From contig NC_092672.1 in NCBI RefSeq assembly GCF_964355755.1, positions 8,246,001 to 8,310,000 of the forward strand: a DNA stretch of 64,000 nt, given 5' to 3'. How positions within the stretch are numbered: the stretch's first letter is position 1; the number at the start of each line of letters is the position of its first letter. The stretch is from Antedon mediterranea (Eukaryota > Animalia > Echinodermata). The translations under genes were made by a program, and so were the position numbers. The notes beneath the pieces are model-generated. The model had not been told where the DNA came from. It did no database searches and worked only from the letters and a program-made list of their open reading frames with translations. Below, piece after piece: positions 1-14,500 of this stretch.

Positions 1-467
1 AAATTCCAACGTATGACGTGCGCGTGGCGTTTGTCGTGCGGATAACTAACTCGTCAAAGTGACGAGTTCAAATCTAGTATTTATATTCCAATGATGACAC
101 GATATTCCTGTTCAGAAAGCTTTCATTTTATACGTGTACGCACTCATAACTATAATCTTTGAATTTTATAGTAAACTCATCCAATAAAATGTTATTACTG
201 GAACTTTATTTTGTGTCCATTTTTTTGTCAGTTTATCAAACAAATATATAACCAGCTTTTTTCAGTGACCTTAACTTTAACGTAATTATTAAGGTGAATC
301 GAATAATCTATAGGTTAAACAACTGGCGTTTAATCAATTGAATGAATATATATAGGCCTATATCAGTATATATCACCGGGCGGTTTAGAATTAGTGTTCT
401 TTGCCTACTGTGTTTATATATTATATATATATATTGATGTTACTTGAACGAGTATTTTAACGTTAAG

Positions 468-3467
468 ATGTCTAGGCTTAAAAGAGCTCTTTCCAATATC
501 AATCGTAAAAAGCTTCTGGATGAAGATGTACTTGAGACACAGCTCGAAAGATGCCTTACCACCTGGGATATGACGCTACTCGGCATCGGCGCTATAGTAG
601 GCTCAGGATTGTTTGTATTAACTGGCGAGGTTGCTGCCAACACAGCTGCGCCATCTGTAAGTCTGTCGTATTTCATTGCCGGAATCGCAGCACTACTGGC
701 TGCAATTTTCTACGCCGAGTTTGGTGCAAGAATTCCAAAAGCGGGATCTGCGTATATATTCGCATATGTGGCAGTTGGAGAGATCTGGGCTTTTTTGGTA
801 GGTTGGAATATTCTCTTGGAGTACGTAGTAGGAGCATCTGCCACAGCAAAAGCATTCAGTGGATATTTTGATGAATTAACTGGCGGCTACATTAACCAGT
901 TTATAATAGATACACTTCTTGGTGGAGAGGAATGGCAGTCTGATATCTTTTCTGACTTTCCGAACATTATGGCAGCTCTTTTAATTGTAATATTAATTAT
1001 CCTAGTTTCATCAGGAGCTGCCCTATCCACAAAACTTAACAGCGTAGTTGTTGTAACAAGTCTAGGGCTTGTTCTAGGGCTTGTCGTATTTATGTTCGTA
1101 ACATCTATGTTTTACGCTGATGTCTCAAACTGGTCTGTAGGAAATGGTTACTTTGCGTACGGATTTACAGGTACCTTATCGGGTGCGGCAACATGTTTTT
1201 ATGCGTATCTTGGGTTCGAAGTTATTGCTGTCTCCGGTGAGGAGGCAAAAACACCAGCTAAAAGTATACCTCTGGCTACGATATACTCGTTTAGTGTTTC
1301 TGCATCTTGCTACATTATAGCTTCAATTGGATTGACATTAATGGTTCCTTCCTTCCTTCTTGGCTGCGTTTGAATATGTTGGCTTAGACTGGGCAAAATA
1401 CATCGTTAGTATAGGAGCTGTACTTGCGATTCTTACCTCTTCGTTTGGAATTATATTTCCTCTACCACGATCACTTTACGCAATAGCAAGTGATGGTCTT
1501 CTTTTTAAAGTATTTGCTAAGGTAAATGAACGAACGAAAGTACCAATATTTGGAGTCGTTTTCTTTGGGATATTTTCAATCATTTTAGCAATATTTTTTG
1601 ATCTAGATGCTCTTATAGAATTTCTATCGATTGGCACCTTGTGCGGCTTCTCTTTTGTCGCCGCATCTGTAATAATTGTCAGATACTCACCAGAATTGTG
1701 CAACATCACAATACGCAACCCAAGAGGCCGCCCTGTCGTCTATAATAAAATTTCTAATGGAGAGATTAGTGACATTTTAGAGGAACCTGGAACTATTTCT
1801 AGTGAGAAGGAATTATTAACTGGACGATTGAAGGAACGCTTCCAATGTCTTGCCTTTCTTGAGAGTTCAGTGCCCGATGAAACAGTTGTGTACTGTTTAG
1901 CCTTCAGTGTAATTTGTGAATTTATGACAGCAATTGTTCTTGTCTATAAATATGAAGACTTGTTAGCAGGAGATTGGTGGGCTGTGATATGTGTCATCAT
2001 TCTTGGTTCTCTTGCGATATTGTCATTTATGGTAATACCAATGCACCACCAAAGTGAGATTGAACTCGATTTCAAGGTATTGATTCATTTTAACTAACAC
2101 CAAGTAGATAAAATAACATATCGGGTATAAGACGAACTTGGCATCTGGGTGGGGTAAATATTTCAGAAGTGAAATAAGACCTCCCTTATTCTTTCATGTT
2201 TATATGAGTCACAACGATAAGTAAACATCCTCTGAAAGACGGTTCGGTTGTGTTTTGGATGGATACCCGCCATCAACTTCATATCAAATATTGTCTTATT
2301 GCGGAGAGGGAGTCACTGTAATTCTATGACAGGCCATGATGCCCTCTGACGTCATTACACCATCAGCATAGATAGTATAATATTATAATTAATAGTATAA
2401 TTCAAATATTCATATTGGCATAGGGATCATCATTCATTTAACACAATAAAATATCTATCTTTCCATCTAGGTTCCATTAGTTCCATTCTTTCCATTTGCA
2501 AGTATAACGTTGAACTTGATCCTGATGGCTGAATTGGACAGTTATACCTGGATAAGGTTCGTCTGGGTTGTTCTTGGTAAGTAGTCAACTTTGTAAATGC
2601 TAAGCAGGAACGAGCACGGTCAATTACAATGAAGGGAATTAACGTTACTTAGGGCCCATTCAGACATAGTTATTTACCCGCTGTTAAGATGGCTTCATCG
2701 GCCGATCATCACTACCTTTGATGGTTAGGTCAGAGAAGAGTAATTACAATTTATTTCACTCCCCTCTGAGACTTAACCGGCTAATAAATCCTGAATATCG
2801 GTATGTCGGAAAGAAATTGAAAGATCATATACCAACAGAAAAAACAGAATGTGCAAGTCTAATGTATACCAAATTTGAACTAGACCCCCTCCACACACCA
2901 AACCCTCATTTAACCTGAAGGTGTATGCGGGTCTATTGCTTAAACAATTTAGAAATCTCAAAATGTGTGTCACAATGCATGCAGAATTACGACATAGTTC
3001 CAAATTAACGTTGCTTCAAAAAGACCTCCACCATATTTGTGTGTTTGTCATTTGGATAACGTCAATACTAAAGCACGGGTCTTTTACCAAATTTAAACCA
3101 GATAGAATGTGTGGTCACGAAAGACTTCTTAACATTTTGGAGGCAATCCGCACCAGTTCTGGACTACTTTTTATTATTTTACTAATTTCAGCCATACGTC
3201 AAAACTACAAGACAGATCTTTATCTCACACGATTCTTGGTCCTTTTTCTTTTCTTGCTCCTGGCAAAGATTATAACTCTCTGATTTCTCTTGTCACTATT
3301 AAATAGGTATAATCATATATGGTTGCTACAGATACAGTCGCAGCGTTGCCAATCAAGAGGCCATGGGATTTGTACCACTTGTCGACACACACCTACTAAA
3401 CGACGCGGGACAGACAGAAAACGGTGATACAACATATAGTGGAACCAATGGCATCAACCAGACGTAG
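468..3467 (+). pseudogene. Cationic amino acid transporter (SLC7A1-4/CAT, slimfast-like), frameshifted; exons ~468-2076, 2471-2576, 3307-3467
   Basis: CAT motifs are present: LERCLTTWDMTLLGIGAIVGSGLFVLTG, YAEFGARIPKAGSAY, CFYAYLGFEVIAVSGEE, PLPRSLYAIASDGLLF, FK|VPLVPFFP and TWIRF. Phase-compatible GT-AG introns lie at 2077-2470 and 2577-3306, with stop TAG at 3465-3467. The frame breaks at ~1350-1365 in a (CCTT)n run, where ORFs 444..1373 and 1360..2097 overlap in different frames. An assembly error is possible. Confidence 0.8.
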
Positions 3468-5059
3468 TTATACATTTCTGTGCTTCATAACTGTGTTACA
3501 GTGACATAATTAACAATGTCTCAAACGGCGCACAGTACAAATACATTCAAGGGATTCAATTTAAAATCTGCTAAATTGATGTAATCCGATGGACTATTAT
3601 TTAGATATTAGTTATGAGATTATATTATGAGCATGTTTACAAAAACATTTTCATATTAATTAATTAATATCTTTTCTAGTATATAAACGGGTGATTTAAT
3701 TTATGATTTATTGTTATTATAATAAATGAAATTTATATTTGTAAAGTACAGCAGCTTTTATTATGGTCTATTTTAATTTAGTATTGGGCCATTTCGACGA
3801 TTTCTGATTTATTACGAGTAATGAGTAAGTTATACGGTAGTCTATACAAAATATCAAATGAATGGAAAAAAACAACAACAATGACAGGCGAATGAGGATG
3901 AGACGTATAAACTATTCACACTGCCTTATTATATCTTGATTAATGATCTAACATGTAATTGGATATGTTTGAATGTATATTTTCATTTATTTAATAAATG
4001 TGATACTTATAGGATATAAAATGGTATCACCTATTTTCTGTATCGCGTGATGGTTTACAATTTATCTTGCGCTTAGGATATACAATGTATGGGGCGACTT
4101 TGCGATGGGGCGACTTGACTGGAACCCAATGGTATGACCTATTTTCTGTATCGCGTGATGATTTACCTTCTCTTCACGCTTTTAAGCTTCAATACATAAT
4201 GACACTGACTCAAATCATTTGTCAATAATATCTGTTACCACCCGGGTTACCACCACGTAAATTATGTTACGCCTCTCGGTTTATTAAAATGATAATTTAT
4301 CACACGAATAAAGTTGAAGACTTGGAAAATATATGAAAATACAAAACATGTATAATATTTTTGAATAAGATTGTTAAAATACTTACAATTTCCAGGATCT
4401 GTATATGGTCATTCCTCCTATATAATACGCGTAGAAAGTATTGAATTTAAATTTGTTTATGACTTGAGGTCAGCTAGTACTTATGACGTATAACAAATGC
4501 GTGCACGTCTATGATTTCTGGCGGCATATTCACGACAGACACTACTTCAGGCAATTATGTAATATTGACAAAATCTAACTGAGAAATTATCTTAATTTAT
4601 TTCGTTTCCATTTTGATTAGTAAAACTGATAAGAGCTATTTAGAAACAGTTCATCGTGTATGAATTCAATAAGGTTTATTTCTTAGCATCAATCATTATC
4701 ATGATAAGCTCTTCAGTGCTGCTGGATTCGGTATTCGGTATTCAACTCAAACTTGATGTCAATGGCTACCAGATGTCTTTATAGTAGACAGTTACCTGTA
4801 CCAGTACCAGTGTTAGTAAATTTATCAATACAAATATTGAATATTTTGAAAACTTATGGTGAAAAACACATTATTTAAAGGGTTAAATTGATATTGGTGT
4901 TGATGTAACAGTGACCGTCACAGTAATACTATAGGTTATTTATTTCTTAAGGTCTACACTGTCAAGCTATATTTTGAAAAAAAAGGTGATGTTCCCAAAT
5001 ATGGTCCCAATGGTAATAATAATGGCATCATCATGTCCATATTATGGGCACATCACATT

Positions 5060-7080
5060 GCGTAATGCTGTTAGCCATCATTGGTACCATATTTTACCAA
5101 TGATGTTGACACCAGTCTACCACGATGAGGTAGCATCTCCGACTTCAGACTGGAAATTTTGTTTCTTCCCAAGTTATGGCCAAATTAATTTTTAAAATAT
5201 AAAAAATTAGGGAAGAAGTATTGTTTTATTCAATTACCATTATCTTATTATGTTTTTTACAATTTTAGATTCTAATTAATATATTTTATTCAATATATTT
5301 TAATTTGTTTATTTGTTTGAAAATCTTTAGCCTAATATATTATAAGTTACTTTATCAATAAAAACTTATTAACATTAAATTATTTTGTTATCATCTTATC
5401 TTATTGTATCTTATCTTATTGTATCTTAACTTACTTATCTTATTGATATCAATCTTGTTTGACCTTAAGTTATACTTATCTTATTGATATCTTATTGTGT
5501 CTTAACTTACCTATTTTATTGATATCTTATTGTATCTTAACTTACTTATCTTATTGATATCAATCTTGTTTGACCTTAAGTTATACTTATCTTATTGATA
5601 TCTTATTGTGTCTTAACTTACCTATTTTATTGATATCTTATTGTATCTTATTATCTTAACTTATTTATTATCTTATTTATCGTTTCTTTTTTGTATCTTA
5701 TATTTTACCTCATCAACAAAATAATGATTCCCAACTTATGCCAAGTATCTCACATTCGTCAACTACTATCAAGAATGCTATTATGGATGGTTTTACAGAT
5801 GTGTGAGATATTCTATTTGTAATCAAATATTTGAAAGATTCTTGTCTCACTGTTTCTATCGCTTGTTTGATAATTTCAGAGCTAGTGTTACTGCTACCAG
5901 AATCACAGTAAGCATAATATAAAGTCCAGACAAGTGACATTATTAATCTTAAAGTTTAAACTCTTTAGCATATTAAATTATATTTGTGAAATTAATTTAG
6001 AATCAAAATAGCCGATATCCACTGGCACTGACAGGTATAAGGTATGATACTCCTAGATTGGTATCGTTCAGCACATTTCATTGCAAGGCAAAATGATGCA
6101 ATTGCCAACTCTTCTAGATTCTCTAGTCTAACATCTGTGTGATCACACATCAATATACTTTCTACAAGTGTAAGGCTACGATGTACTATATCATAATCGA
6201 TTATGTAACCATACCGCATGAGCTCTGATCGAATGCAACATAACAACTCTACCATATTATCTTTGACAGATGGTGATTCAAAACATACCCACGGATTTAT
6301 ATCAATGACTTTTTGACGATCAAGTGTAACTTAAAATACGCCTTATTGTACTCATAATCATAATTTTCGTTTTTGTCGCCAGATACTGCGACATTACTAT
6401 CTTTACTACTATCGCTATCACTACTAGGCCTAGGCCTACTAATAATACTAATAAAAGTATTACTATCCTTACCCTGTCTACAGGTATCACTAATATTATT
6501 ACTGTTCATGGTCTCACTGGTAGTAGGAGACATTTCAACGAAATTAAAATCATTATTATTATTATTATTAGTGTTATTATTATTATTATTATTATTGATA
6601 ATACGTCGATTTCCATTATTAATACAGTATAATTACTTGAAGTATTTTCTACTTTTGCAAGTGTCTATAATTCTTTTAATTCCAAAATATTTCCTATTTT
6701 AGTATTTCGTCTGATATAAGGACATCCTCTATTTCTGGGCCTCTTGCGACCATTTGTGGAGAAGCTAGTATAACGCCATTCTTGGTAGCGTGAAAATCAT
6801 TTGATCTCACCGTTACCTGCTGCTGAGCTTCCTCTTAAAGAAGCATAATATCTTCTTTTAAGTACAAATTTAGCCATACTTAATTGATAGAAGTATAATA
6901 ACGGTATTTGAAAATTGATGTTACGTATTTCCAAATTAATTTGAAAAGTAAGTGCAGTTTTATTTTGTTTGAATTAAGAGCAATTTGAAATCACTGTTCA
7001 CAATTTGAAGAATTTAATCATTCTGACTTGACAACGCTTTTTCGTTAGCTTTTTTCGAATGTTATTGTGACGTAACAATG
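5060..7080 (-). repeat. ~2 kb duplicated module; inverted copy of 31823-33703
   Basis: Reverse-complement match covers coding and flanking DNA, e.g. 5061-5170 vs 33591-33703 and 7021-7080 vs 31823-31886. Confidence 0.9.
5651..6877 (-). pseudogene. Decayed copy of the intronless cyclin-like gene at 32027-33202
   Basis: Fragments 6297..6533, 5992..6255 and 5713..5940 are near-identical in peptide to the 31913..33202 ORF (YIIDYDIVHRSLTLVESILMCD, LEELAIASFCLAMKCAERY, CDSGSSNTSSEIIKQAIETV). The copy is broken by several frameshifts and a (TTA)n expansion at ~6553-6597. Confidence 0.9.
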
Positions 7081-8536
7081 GCTTTCACGTTCTAAATTAC
7101 GCGCAACGTTTTGCACATTGCGCGTGTATCTATGAACCAATGGGATCGGAACTTATCTAAGATCTATGACGTCATGCTAATTTATTTTTCGCTTGCGTTT
7201 GATGTTCGTGTGTCACATGTATCGCACAAAAACATGTGAATTTCAACAAATACCTTTTATTTCAACCTTTTCGCGCGAAATCAATTTCAGTTGACGAGAC
7301 ATGGGCGTCACCTAAGGCATAATTTCTTTTCCCACTCTAGCGCAAAGAGACGCAGAATTGATGACCAACAAAGTAACAATTGGAATAATTCATCGCTTTT
7401 TATTGATCATTGCGCTTACATCATTGTGGTGTAGAGTGTGGGAACCAAGCAGTGCCGGGGACAGTAAAAACAATATACATTTTTTGTGTAAGTAGGCACG
7501 CCTTGTAGGCCTACTGTACTAACATTATGCCAACATAGATTTATATTGTTTGTCAAATCTTCGAGATGCGTCACGCAGAACGCGCAACACCTCTGATTGA
7601 AGAGACACACCAACAAACATGATCAGTAAGCTCTGTAAAGTGAGACTACGTGTGGTGTGGTTTTTTAGTGTCGGGAGCTATATCCTTTAAGTCTAACAGA
7701 CCTTAACAATTAATGTTGCTATGTGGAGTCAATTTTAAGTATCATCATGTCAACAAAATCCTATGGTCAAATCAATATTTTGATATTTCTAAAGTATCCG
7801 TGTTTTGCTTAATTATATAAAAAAACGGCACGTCCCAAAAACCTCCAATTCCCAATACACCACCCACCTCTCTGTATCACCCCCACCCCCTTCCACCACT
7901 CTATCTTGGTTGTTTTTGTCTTCGGCTAGATGAGCGATAGAGGGCGCTCGTCATATACAGAAGAAGATGTGTGTGGGCGTCGTGTTGTTACAAATCCCTG
8001 AAACTAAGGCTCATTAACGTCCAGATTTCAATTGTTTATGCCCATTTATTGTATTTAAATGAACAATATTCTCAACTATTAGGATATAATGGTGCGTTAC
8101 TGCCGTTGATTATGTTAATTCACACACTAGGTTAGGCCTAGGCTAGGTGGCAGTCGGGGCCCTCCTCTAACTAAAGGCCAGACTAGTGCCAGGCCTACGC
8201 TAAGCTAGATCTTGGTGACTAAAAAAAAGGCTAGTCGACAGGTAAGGAGGTAGGCTAGCAAGCCCAGTGTTAGTTGTGGCGTAGCTAGGCCTAGCTACTT
8301 AAAATAAGTCTTACAAATCACAGTACTACTAGCCTATGCCATACCTCACTAGTGACTAGTCTAGTGCGCTGTGCCGAGAGAAAACAAGGCAAAGCACACT
8401 CACACTGTTGATCATTTTGGCCTAGTAGACCCTATAGGCCTACAGGTAACAGATATAAAAACACAATAAAGTTAACACAACTTTTTTTACAAACTACATT
8501 ATCTACTCTTTTTCGTCAGGGAGGAACTCTATAGTG

Positions 8537-11500
8537 ATGTATGAACTGTTGGCACAGGTTCTTGCAGAAAGAGATCTCTCCATTGCCGGAGAACTCTTCT
8601 ACATTCCAGACTCTGCCATTGTCAATGACTTGACTGAAGCTCTCTACCGCATTCAGGATATCACGGCAGCTGAAGATTATTTGACCAATAGAAATGACCA
8701 GACAGTGGTTGAGATATGCATCACCAGGGTAACTACTGCAATCCGGTAGGTCATAGGTCAATCAATTAAATTGTAAAAGTGACCAACCCCATCCCAATCA
8801 ATTTTAGATACCTTCTGTTTCGTCTTTTAAAACTAGTTCAGCCCCTAAACTTTAAACAATACAGTGTAGGCCTATGTATTATTAAAATAAAGGCAAACTT
8901 TTTAATGACAATATACATTATTTTCAACTATCGTAATAGTTTTCTTTCCAAGAAAAAGAAAAAGCTTTAAATAGCTGTTTTTTTTTTTCATTTATTTAAA
9001 ACAACCTAGGACTCATATAAATCATGCATTATGATTTTGTCCCATGTTGTCCATTGAAATTGATTTGGATGACTGTACATACATAATCCAAGGTCATCAT
9101 AGAATCAACTAAATTAGATCCTACGACTTGACGGCAAAAACCGCAAACCAAATGCATGCGTAAAATAAATCAACATGACATTATAGACCATAGGTCAAAA
9201 CGTAAGCTTCATGATACAACTACAGTAGTAATATCTCTAATAATTATTGTTTGTTTCCTTTAAAAATTGTTCTTTTAGGGATACTGGTACAATTGATAAG
9301 CATGCTATGGCATTGGTGTATCTCTGGGATTCATGTCTTCATCATAATTTGATACCAACATTTAAAGATGAAGATCCACCTCATGCTAAAATTGCATCTG
9401 ACATAATGAGCTGTCTGTTCATGGTAAGCCTGTTTGTTTATGGCGGCGGCAAACTTCTTTTATCAATATTGCGTCAAATTTGTGTGATATTTACTAGTAT
9501 ACAAATAATGCCAATTTTATGTTTCGAACATCACAGCCTCACAGTAATAGAATAAATAGAACTTTAACTGTGAAATAAATCTAATACTGAATGGCACATG
9601 GTACGAAGTTGACCAATTAGATGACAGATATACACTCTGGCATGTTATATTATATTAAAGCCGTCATGGTACTGAATTTATGTTAGTGATAGATCTCCTG
9701 AATATAGAGAGAAGGAGAAAAGGTGTTTTTTTAATCAATGACCGACAATAATACTGTAGATAGTGGGTATTCCCACACAAAAGTTTGATGATTATTCGTT
9801 TGTTTTCATTTCACAATGCATCAAAAGATTAATTCAAATTATTTAAAAAATAATACCACCCATGGTTTCATGTACAACACCATTCCAATGATTTACTTCA
9901 AGGAAAGATTTGTTTCTTTGTAAAACCTGTGAAGCGTATAAATTTAAAAGCACACTCAACCATAAAACAACCTTCTTGTAATAGTTTACTGCAATAGACA
10001 CAGTTCTATGATAACATTGTCATGAATGGGACAGTGTTTACGGGACAGTGTTTACAGACCAGTGTTGCAGTGTTTATGTAGTGTTATGTAAATAATCTAT
10101 CTGAAGCACAATCTTGGTGTAGTATAGGTGATTTAGTATTCAGACTTTTTTTTGAATGGGAACACTATATTGTTAAAAACATTGAACTATGGAAAGGTTG
10201 ATACTTTACTGTAGAACCACTCCCTTTACACTAAAGCCAACAGCACCCAAATATGTGTCCCCCCTTAAGCCTGGTTTCCATAAAATCGCTACACGACAGC
10301 GTAGCGATTCTATGGAAACGCTAGAATTTATCGGGGATCTAGTACGCGACAAGTGCTAAATATTCTTTGGTACGCGTATACGATTCATCGCCGACAAAAT
10401 CGGCAAAGTTGAACATGGTTGAACTTTGCCGATTGCGTCGGCGACATCTGCGAGTGTTCCCTCTTAATAGGGGTTATACTGAGCTTGTGTAAAATAATAT
10501 AAAAAAGTTACTGATCCAATTCAGATTTCACCAATTACTGTATCTACTAAATAAATATGAATGGTTTTTAATTGAAAATAAATAGATGTGTTTAAATATG
10601 GATAAATTTGTTTTTATAGTGATGTTTTATTCATATGATTACTGTACAGTACTACAATGCAAAGATAAGAAATACATACAAATATCGAAATTTAAATACA
10701 TTTAATTATTTGTTTTAAGTTGCTTTATCCAATTCAGCAATTACTGTATCTACTAAACCATAATATGAATATTTTTTTTATTGAAATTAAAAACAACAAA
10801 TTTCTATGTTTAAATATCATGAATAAATTAGTTCATTTTATAGTGATGTTTTATTCATAGAATTACTGTACATACATTATTATTATACATACACATATAT
10901 TGAATAATTTTGTATTTGCAGCAAAATTACAACAAAAAATCTGTAATGAAACTTGCCTTGCCCGTAGCAGTCAAATTTCTACAGCAAGGAAATCGTGAGA
11001 TAACGCGCAATCTGTCGACGTATCTAGCACTCGCTGCGATTGAAAATGCTGAAATTTTGATTCCACATACTGGTTCACTCATTAGGAGTATTCGTCAAGG
11101 TAAGTATTTCCAGTGGTCTCAGTTCATATCCTAACTTTTTTCCAAGAATTCTTTCATTGATATATTGTCCCCCTAAAAAAAATTTTTTTTTTTAATATGC
11201 CATTTTGATGTAACATAATGGTTATCCACTTTGACAAAAAATTGGATCGAAAAAAAAATGTATTTACCTGAAAAAACTGTAAATTAAAGCAAAAAATGGT
11301 CAAATTAGCTCCCAGCCAATGGGTTTTTGGTTAAATTTAACCATTTATTTTGTCATTTTATAAGTGTAAACATTATTTTTTTCGTTTGTTTTTCTACGGA
11401 AGTGATTAACTTTATTTAAACTACAAAATAACCTATTTAAAGTCTGATTTAATTAATCTTCATTTCTTTATAGGTAACCGCTCCCTTCTTCGTATTTTAC

Positions 11501-14500
11501 CGCAAATTTACTCCGAAAGTAATTTAGAAATTGTCAACTATATTTCCGAGCTTGTTGTTATTCTTCCAAAGTGCAGTACATCAGAGAAACTAAGTATTCT
11601 ACAGATATTTGCTATGATTCAAAAGAAGTACCCACATGTAAGTACAGTGGAACCTCTATTAAATGGATGCTTCATTCTTATAGTGTTGTAACTTTTAATT
11701 GTGTTGTCTGATACAATAGCCTGAGTGCTAATAATAAAAAGAAACTTGACCATATAATGAAAACTGCTAGTAAAATAATAGGTAGAAATGTCAATGTTAT
11801 TGATGCAATATACAGGCGTGATGTTATTAGCCAAGTTAAGAAAATAATGGAGGATAGCTCACACCCGTTAAATAACAAATATGTAGTCAATAATTCAGGT
11901 AGAATCCACCTTTAAAATACAATACTACTCAATATAGGAAATCATTTGTCCACATGGAAGCCATGTGATACAAAATTATTTACATTATAGTCAACTCTCT
12001 CAATACTGGACTCTCTGAAAACCGGAAACTTTCTTGATGTCCAAAATATCCCAAATTTTGGTTTATTAGGCCAAAGGTGTCCAGTATTTGGAGAGTTGAC
12101 TCTTGTATAAATTTGGAATGATTGCATTTGTATACAAATTATAACGAACTCCAACTACATAATAATGAAACAAAACAATTATTTTAAAAACTTTCTGGCA
12201 ATATTAATAGTGACTTGCGATAAACATTTAATAACTTCCTATACAGTGTTATGATTTTTTTTTTACCCTTTGACCTTCTCTATTTCTAGGCCCTAAGGTC
12301 ACATGTAGCAGTATTAGTAGAGCAGCTTAATGACCCCAGTGTGTCGTCAACTATTTTAAACCTTTTACTGGATATTGCAACAGTTGATGCTAAAGCCTTC
12401 ATACCTTGCTTGCACATGCTGAAAGTGACCGTAGCTCAGCAGACATCCTTACTTTCTTTGGCTGCCAAGATCTTTGCAGCAATAGGAAAACTAAATGAGG
12501 TATAACATACAATTAAATAGGTTATGTTGAGTCATCAATCATTTTAACCTCTGTCTACACTAACTAGTTTGACAAAAAATTGTGATGTGCCCAAATATGG
12601 CAATATCTATTATAATGGACCAGTCCACAACCACGCCCTCATGTGGGAACGTACCACCGTCATCATTTTCCGCTTACTTGACTGCAGGGACGGCGGGAGA
12701 GAGTTTATAAAGGGGTGTTCTAGGAACTTTACACTTTCGTATCTAAAGCCCTCCCTCTGGAGAGCACGGGCTATTGTCGGTTTATACAGATAGATAGCAC
12801 TCATAGACTACTAACACCACTACTGGTTTGTGTAATATGGTATTATCTATCCATATACGGGTACATCACATTTCTTTGTCACATAAAGTTTGATAGTGTA
12901 GACAGAGCTTAAGACAGATGAGACATAGCCATAAATTTGGCACAGATTCAGGGGTCTCCTCAACAATAGTTCTTGTGGTAGAACAATTCTTCTCAGATAA
13001 TGACTTATTGTGTATGTGTAGTGTACAATCTAAAAGTGTGTATGTGGAAGTGTATGGGGTTACCCCTGTATACTGGTCCATCTCAGCCCCTGCCATTGTT
13101 GACAGAAAAATGAGCTTTTATTGGCAGCAGTATAACACAATGATGCCCTTGTTGTTTTCAATGTATGTATGCAACACAGCCAAGTTAGGCTGCAAGACAC
13201 AAGTTTATTTCCTCACGTTTATAATTAATATTCAATAATAATTGATTAATATTCCATAGGATTATGGCCGTGAGTGTATGACATTCCTTGTACAGCAACT
13301 GACTGTTGTAGAGCAGTCATCAGTTCCAGCGGTGCTCATAGAAATCAAGAGTATATCTGATTATCATAAGGGTCTTCTGAGCGAGCACATGCCACAGATC
13401 AACAGTCAGCAGGGTAGCAGTTCGACCGCTGTACGAATGATTGTACAGCAACTACAGGATGATTTGCATAAACGGTGAGTGTTCATGAAGTGCTCATTGG
13501 TCATGTATTTTGTTTTGGCCATATATGGAAATGATGATGTCATATCACTACAATATTTAGGTATATCACTACCATATTTGGGCACATGACGCTTTTTTTT
13601 ATTCAAACTAGTTTGATAGTGTAGACAGAGCTTAACATACCTGAGGTTTTTAAGGCAAGCCCAGTCCAAAGTTTTTTGCTTAAGTGCCTTTTCAAATAGA
13701 GACTAGTATTGAAAGGGATGGTAAATAAGCCTAGCCTAGCTGGGTCAGTTGTGCCTTAAAAATCCTGTCAACAGGCTTACTTACTTGTTACTTGTTTGCA
13801 TGCTATCCCCATTATTGGGGACATTTCGCCGTCATTGACATTATGTTGACATAGCACAACAATGAGAGACATTAATTTTGATGAGAAGGCCATTAACACT
13901 AATTAATTTTAAAACAACTAAAAACCTGAGACCTGTAACCCTTGGTAGGGACCCTGACGGGTACTCTCCCTCCGGGTCAAAGGGATCCCGAAACTCATCG
14001 GTGGGCAGGGGCGCTCAACTCCCTACTTGTTTATAGTATGTGCCGTTGGATTGGGAAAGCACCGTGCTTGCAAATTAATATTTCGAGACTGTTATATATC
14101 AAATTAAAAATACAAATTTTGCTTTGTTTTTATTTTAGAAAAGGCAGGACCTTTGAATCGAGTAAAGCAAAATCTCATTCTGCCTTGACTCACAGAGGAG
14201 GTGGAATTACACACTCTACTGTATCGTTGGACTTTGAAACTCGTAATCTACAAATGAAAAATCGCATACACAGCCAGGTCAGCGTCGACACATTTATGAA
14301 TCCAAGAAAACATTTCGATACTAAATCCTTGGCTACAAGAAGTCTAGAAGTAGGCCCTCTTTTATCACCGAAAGTTGATAAAGGACCCGAGTTATCTGGG
14401 AGCAAATCAAGTCTACAGAGTAACCCCCAACAATCGCGACCTCAGATGCGAAAATTTGAGCTTAGCCCACCTAAACCCGATGCTTCTGGAAAACATTGGG

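Noticed and set aside
13942-14138. N-terminal part of the 289-aa ORF as coding
   Set aside because: It is intronic read-through; the VEPH1 exon starts after the acceptor TTTTAG at 14138.
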